From Naegleria gruberi (taxonomy: Eukaryota), in NCBI GenBank assembly GCA_000004985.1, contig GG738910.1: a stretch of 64,000 bases of DNA; one strand, 5' to 3'. The translations under genes and the position numbers were made by a program. Positions 58,206 to 64,000 of the stretch are shown one piece after another (within the stretch, counting starts at the first letter, position 1; every line of letters starts with the position of its first letter). The notes under the pieces were generated by a model that was given only the letters and a program-made list of their open reading frames with translations, was not told where the DNA came from and did not search any database.

Positions 58206-61200
58206 TTAAACAGACTTCATTTCAACTCCTTGTTTTGAGGAATTTGTAGTTTCTGGTTTCATTCTCTTAACAACACAATAACCAAAAATTCCCAATACAA
58301 TAAAGGCAATAATGATAAAGCAAATAATCAAAAAAGCCCACAAAATCCAGAATAACTCAGAGATTCCCTTTGGAGTTTCAGGATTAACTTGTTTTTCAAT
58401 TGGAACAGATGATAAAATACCAACTCTAACATTTTCTGAACATTCACATTGGCCAGAATTAGAATTGAAGGAGAATTTACATGAAGAAGCATCAATGACT
58501 TGACCATTTGTAACTTGAATGCACGAATAAGTTGCCTTATCATTAAAAGTTTGTGTAAGTGGCAAGGAATGAGTTATTGGAGAGGAATAGTTTGTAATAG
58601 ATGTTGAGAATTTAATTTCAGATAAATCAGAGACAATAGTATTAGTTGTACCTTCTTGTTGAGGAGTTACATATTGAGAAACATCCTTAATAATCATCCA
58701 AATGTAATTGACTGGCTTTCTGAGAGAGACACTTTGTAACCTTTGAGAAACAGTTGAAGGAAGAGTTAATGAAGTTTGACTTTCTGTCAAAACTTGTGAA
58801 TCAAAAGTATTCTTAAATTGCTTGTTGAATTGATGAACTGCAAAATTAGGTTCAAACTTGAAAGATGATTGACCAACAAGAACCTTTCTTGAAAGTAATG
58901 AAACCACCATGTGACAACTTTCCATCAATTCTGAATAGTCATACGAAGGCAAAGTCTTTAAATAAGAATGCATGGAATTGAGGGACGAAAGCAACAACCT
59001 TTCAACACCAACTTCAAATTGGAATAATGGAGTGTTTTCAGCATCATTCAAGGTTGACTTGATAATATTCATACTCATGTTATAGACATTAGCAGAAACG
59101 TAACTCTTCAACATAGATTCAATACCGAACATAATGTTAGTAAAAAACCTTCCAGTTATCTTTTCTCCATTTTCATTCTTGACTTGTTGGGAAGAAAAGA
59201 AAGCAGTAGCCAAATCTTGAGTAATTTCATTCAAAATTTCATAATCTTCCTTTGTCATTCTACAGTCAAATGTTGTGTAATCAGCCTCACAAACACATTT
59301 TCCATTAACCAATGAACCATGTCCAGAACAATCTTTCTTTACACTTCTTGATTTAGGGGCGAGAGAATCTGTCATTCTCTTGAGGACTCTTGAAATGATT
59401 GCAGAATTGAAAACAGATCTAGCATAATCACCAGTTGGTAATAATAAGGTGATGGCGTTCCATTTTGTCATGTACTCCTTGATATCCTTTACCTTTGATA
59501 CATATGGAGCTGTAATTTGAACTGATTTCTTGGAAAGAGTTGTTGCAGATGTTTCAGTATCAATAACCTTAACATACAGTTCAAGATTATTACCAGAATT
59601 TGGAGTTGGAAGTTTTTGGTACAATTCTTCATCCTTTGATAAGGTAATTAAAGCACCTGAGAAATCATCAATAAAACCATATTCGAAAGCATAAGTCTTC
59701 TTATCATTTTGACAATTTTCACAATTGAAAGTAAAGATTGTGGTCAAAGCAATACCAGAAGTTGGACTAATGGCACAACTACATGCTTTTGGAGGTCTGT
59801 TAACAGAGAAGGAATAAGAATATGATGTCTTTTGATTATTTCTCTTATCCAAGATAGTTAATGAAATGGTATTAGAACTACCTTCATCCAAATATTGAGT
59901 ATCCAAAATTAGAGAATTTGACAATGATGAACTGATACTCATTGGTGATGTTAATATAGCATCAATAGCCTTGTCATTCAATAACCATGTTCTTGAGATG
60001 AATTGATCTATATTTAAATCACCATTAATAGTGACAACCAATTGAATATTGACATAATCTCCCTTATTAACCTTTGAAGAAGATACTTGAACAACGGAGA
60101 TCAAAGGTGGCATGATTAAATGTTCTGCTTGTTGTGGAAAATTCAAATCAACTGATGATTGAACAAATCTACTTCCCTTTCGAATAGTGAGGCTAATTCT
60201 AACATTTTCTGCTGAACCAAACATTGACTTTTCAATCTTGTATTGTTCAAGAAAACCTTGAGACAAGTAATTAACAACATCAACTGGACAAACAGTATTA
60301 GTAACAGTGTCCACACATGTCCAAGAATAAGTTGGTTGAACATTTTCAGATTCTGGATCAGTGAAATCAATTCCAATGGTACTGTATTGAGGAGTAGAAT
60401 CTAAAACATACATGTTCATTGAGAGTGCTTGAGCTACAGTGTCGATAGTGACAAGAGCTGTTGAAAATTTGTTAACATTAGAAGTATCGAAAGCAGAGAC
60501 TTTGAAAACATATTGTCTTGTTTCAATGGTATTGAAATTGGTAATCTTTAAATTCTTGAATGAATCAACTGTGAATTCTACTTGAGGACCACTGATTTGT
60601 GTCCATGTGTAATCAATATTTGCAGCAGATTCCATGCATATTGGAATGGACAGCTTCTTCTTGAATGAAATTGGAACGTCACTAGTCTTGACAGTAACTG
60701 AACTACTTTTATATAAGCCATCAATGGAAACAACTGGAACAGCATAGGTAAGTTTGGTGAAACTGAATTGAATCTTATCAACCAATGAATAAACTTGACT
60801 AGTTACAGCCAATTCAAATTGATGAACACCAGCATTCATACCAGAATAGCTAATATTCAATTTACTTGGGGAAGCAAGAGTAGAATCCAATAACTTTTGA
60901 AGTTCTACCTTATTTGGTGATGACAATACAGTCCATTTGAAATTCAATGTCTTTCTATCAGGGGAATAACTTTCAGAAGCATCAATTAAAACATCTTCAC
61001 AACTTCCATAAGTGTCCTTAGCTCCAGATATTGTGGCAATCGGACTCTTTGGTGATAAAGCACCTTGGACAGTAAATGCCAAATATTGAGCATTGACATT
61101 ATTTGATTCAAAGTATAAATTATTCAAAGAGATACTATCACCTGCCTTCAATTTGTAGTCCGTGTTAAGTTCAATTGAGAATTCAAACGTTTCCTTGTTA

Positions 61201-63872
61201 GACCAGTAACATTTTGGATTAGTTCCAAGAAGATCAATACTCTTCAACAACTTGTTACAATCAAGAATCATACTATTAGTATATAAAGAAGAATAAGATG
61301 CAGGTGCAATAACCTTAAATGTCAAACCAGTCAAATCATCCATAAAAAGAACTGGTCCAATAATCTTTGTTGAACACAATTCACCATAAACTCCATCTGC
61401 ACAGGTAGAACAAGATTCACCCTTCCAGAAACCTTTCTTGTTATCTGCATAACAAGTACATTGTTCAAGCTCATTACAATAACCATTTCCACTACAAGTA
61501 GTTGAGGCATTACATTTAACCAAACTATTACACATAGCTCCTAAATAAGGAGAAACACATGCTGAACAATCTGCACCAGTCCAATAACCTTTGCCAGCTA
61601 TGTTATCACAGACACAAATATTCAAATCTGTACATTGACCATGTCCAGAACAAACAGATGAAGCATTGGAAGAAATGCCACCACAAGTGAATTGAGCACA
61701 ATGACTTCCGTAATATCCAGATTGACAAGAACAATGATCGAAAAAATCACATCTACCTTTTCCATAACATGCTGACGCATTTGTTGAGGCAGTTCCATAA
61801 CAATCAAATTGACTACAATCATATCCAGTAGTATCCATCTAAACAGGAGCAATTATTTGGGGAGATGCAACCACCATGTCCATAACATGCTGAACCACTT
61901 GTTGAGGCAGTTCCATAACAATCAAATTGACTACAATCATTCCCGTAGTATCCATCTAAACAAGAACAATTATTTGGTGAGATGCAACCACCATGTCCAG
62001 AACATGCTGATGCATTTGTGGAGGCAGTTTCGTAACAATCAAATTGACTACAATCATTTCCGTAGTATCCATCTAAACAAGAACAATTATTTGGTGAGAT
62101 GCAACCACCATGTCCAGAACATGCTGATGCATTTGTGGAGGCAGTTTCGTAACAATCAAATTCACTACAATCATTTCCATAATATCCAGCTAAGCATGAA
62201 CAGTTATTTGGTGAGACACAACGACCATAACTAGAACAAACTGAACCACTTGTTGAGGCAGCTCCAAAACAATCAAACTCAGCACAGTCATTTCCGTAAT
62301 GTTCGTTAGAGCATGAGCAATTATTTGGTGAGATGCAATCACCATGTCCAAAACAAACTGAACCACTTGTTGAGGCAGTTCCAAAACAATCAAACTCAGC
62401 ACATTCATTTCCATAGTATCCAGAGGTGCATGAACAATTATTTGGTGCAATACAATAGCCATTTCCAGAGCAAGCTGATGAATTACTTGGTGAAATATCA
62501 AAACATTTGAAAGAACTGCAATCTGATCCACTATATCCAGCTAAGCATGAGCAGTTATTTGGTGAGAGACAGGTTCCATGAACAGAACATGCTGATGCAC
62601 TTTTTGAGGCAGTTCCAAAACAATCAAATTGGCTACAATCATTTCCATAGTAATCGTTTGAGCATGAGCAATTATTTGGTGAGAGACATATTCCTTGAGA
62701 AGAACAAACTGATGAAGAAGTAAATAATGTACCAAAACATTCGTATTCACTACAATTACTACCATAGTATCCATAGGTGCATGAACAATTATTTGGAGCA
62801 ATGCAACTACCATGACCAGAACAAACTGATGCATTACCTGGAGCAATGTCATAACATTTGAATAAACTACAATCAGCACCACTGTATCCAGATAAACAGG
62901 AGCAATTGTTTGGAGCAACACAACTTCCATGTCCTGAGCAAACGTTGTGGTCAGTATTCAAAATATCACTACAATTAAAAAGTTGACAATCTGCACCAAA
63001 GTAATTTGTTTCACATTTACAAGTATCTATGGCTGTACATGTTCCGTGGCCTGAGCAAACAGTTGAGTTGTCACCTGAAATTCCATTACATGTTGGATAT
63101 TGACAAGTGTTTGGAGCAACACATGTGGTATATTGAGGACATGCTTTTGGATGTGTGGCCACAATACCATTACACTTTGGAGTTTGACAATTTGAACCAC
63201 CCCAAAGTACACCATAATCTGTCAAGCTGCCAGGAGGAAAAAAAGTATCCTTTCCAAACCCATGGAAAGGAAAAGTTAAACAAGCACCTTTAGTATTGTT
63301 AGCGAAATAATCAGACACTTGAAGTACTAACCTTCTAAAGAATAAAGAACCATGTTCCCATCAACTTGGAGAACAAATTTGAAAGGTGGAGACTGACTAG
63401 CACACTCACCAGTTTTCATGGCTTCCCTGTGTTGATTCAAATCTGCCTTTTCCGTGTTACCGTCGTACAATTTAAGAGAACCAGTTTGTGTTAACACTAA
63501 CTTATAACCATCAGTTGCTGGGCCGAAAGTAGAACTATACCGAGTCATTGTTCTGAGACCTATCTGAATGAGACTACCATCATCGTTCAAGATTAAAGTC
63601 AACTTTCCATCAGCAGATGTTAATGCTTTAGTTGCATAGAGAATTGGTGATTGTTCAGTGAGGCCTGTTTTTTCTGAAAGATCAACACAGAGGCAGCTGT
63701 TTTCACCATAGCAAATATTCCCTCCACAAGTCGAATTGTCTGTTCCAGGAATTCCATTACAAGTATATGAAGTAACCTCACTGATTATGAAAAGCAAAAG
63801 GATTACCAACACCGACACGAACAGTTTCATGTTGTGGATTTTTTTTAAAGTCGAATTTTCAAATTGAATCAA
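58206..63872 (-). CDS. Cluster member 5 (giant, ~2,400 aa, minus strand): signal peptide + bulb-type (B) lectin domain exon, tenascin-type EGF array, PKD/REJ-like module, GPS-like motif, C-terminal TM. Interrupted by an apparent 1-nt frameshift at ~61822-61838. Approx join(complement(63332..63872), complement(~61822..63287), complement(58206..~61838))
   Basis: Exon 1 (ORF 63327..63872) is MKLFVSVLVILLLFIISEV... followed by ...ATDGYKLVLTQTGSLKLYDGN...FKFVLQVDGNMVLYSLEG, the bulb-lectin 'QxDxNxVxY'-type fold. A 44-nt intron (gttagt...gctaac...ctaaag) puts it in frame with ORF 61819..63318, which is all CxCxxGYxGxxC units. That frame hits TGA at 61819 exactly where a repeat unit reads GYYWI* in place of GYYGNDCSQFDCY. 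The +1 frame continues as MDTTGYDCSQFDCYGTAS... (ORF 58206..61838). C-terminus: YSCIQVTNGQVIDASSCKFSFNSNSGQCEC..., TM LFWILWAFLIICFIIIAFIVLGIFGYC, tail VVKRMKPETTNSSKQGVEMKSV*. Confidence 0.55.
61822..62290 (-). repeat. Tandem array of near-identical 117-nt (39-codon) EGF-unit repeats inside cluster member 5
   Basis: Units encoding DCSQFDCY(E/G)TAST(N/S)(A/G)SAC(S/Y)GHGGCISPNNCSCLDGYYGN are repeated at least three times (approx 61822..61938, 61939..62055, 62056..62172) with about 1-3 substitutions per unit, and more divergent units farther 5'. The antisense strand reads as the spurious His-rich ORF 61809..62234. Confidence 0.75.
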
Positions 63873-64000
63873 AACACTGCTTAACTTTGTCCAAAGTTTT
63901 TCCTTATTGAAAGAGAAGGTCCTATTCCAATCAAGGAAGAATTAATAATACTACATTTAAGGACTGCATCATTTCGCACATTCTGCTTGCGTATATCCCC

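Noticed and set aside
61809-62234. Plus-strand 141-aa His/Asn-rich ORF with internal repeats
   Set aside because: It is the antisense reading of the 117-nt tandem EGF repeats of the minus-strand gene. Its periodicity and composition are fully explained by the sense-strand Cys/Gly codons.
1-64000. Prokaryotic-style features (operons, RBS, CRISPR, rho-independent terminators)
   Set aside because: The sequence is clearly eukaryotic nuclear DNA: it has spliceosomal introns, low-complexity proteins and monocistronic genes in both orientations separated by AT-rich spacers.

Overview
This window reads as AT-rich (about one-third GC by eye) eukaryotic nuclear DNA, most likely from an amoebozoan or dictyostelid-like organism. 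The evidence is poly-N/Q/S low-complexity protein tracts, TAA/TAG used as stops, and many very short spliceosomal introns (39-71 nt, GTAAGT/GTGAGT/GTATGT donors, CTAAC-like branch motifs, TAG/AAG acceptors). It is not prokaryotic: there are no operons, rRNA/tRNA genes or CRISPR arrays. Roughly 20 protein-coding genes are supportable. The left 26 kb carries mixed genes: a BTB/BACK protein that runs off the window start, a type II membrane protein, a long coiled-coil protein, cytosolic aconitase/IRP1-type aconitate hydratase, a 4-exon TM2-domain gene, a Cys-rich secreted protein, two GT61/EOGT-like glycosyltransferase paralogues (one truncated), a second BTB protein, a receptor-type Cache/HAMP degenerate ('pseudo') nucleotidyl cyclase, and several low-complexity proteins. 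The right 38 kb (26.2-63.9 kb) is a cluster of five paralogous single-pass surface-receptor genes. Two are small NHL beta-propeller / GPS-motif / TM genes. Three are giant genes (about 2,660 aa, about 4,400 aa and about 2,400 aa). Each giant gene has an N-terminal NHL propeller (or, in one, a bulb-type B-lectin domain instead), long tenascin-type EGF arrays, a shared ~1,000-aa module with PKD/REJ-like 'SxSxDxD...YxW' motifs, and a juxtamembrane tetracysteine GPS-like motif before a C-terminal TM. One small member has a textbook GPS site (CETSHLTSFGVI). A ~470-500 bp noncoding element, 97-98% identical between two copies, sits immediately 3' of two cluster genes, with a degenerate third copy; it contains a conserved 38-codon small ORF with a hydrophobic tail. 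Other notable points: a 1-nt frameshift inside near-identical 117-nt tandem EGF repeats of the minus-strand giant gene, a recent internal duplication flanking an N-glycosylation-sequon-dense stalk, and EOGT-type acceptor motifs in the EGF repeats next to the EOGT-like GT61 genes. Coordinates of splice junctions are hand-derived and may be off by 1-2 nt.
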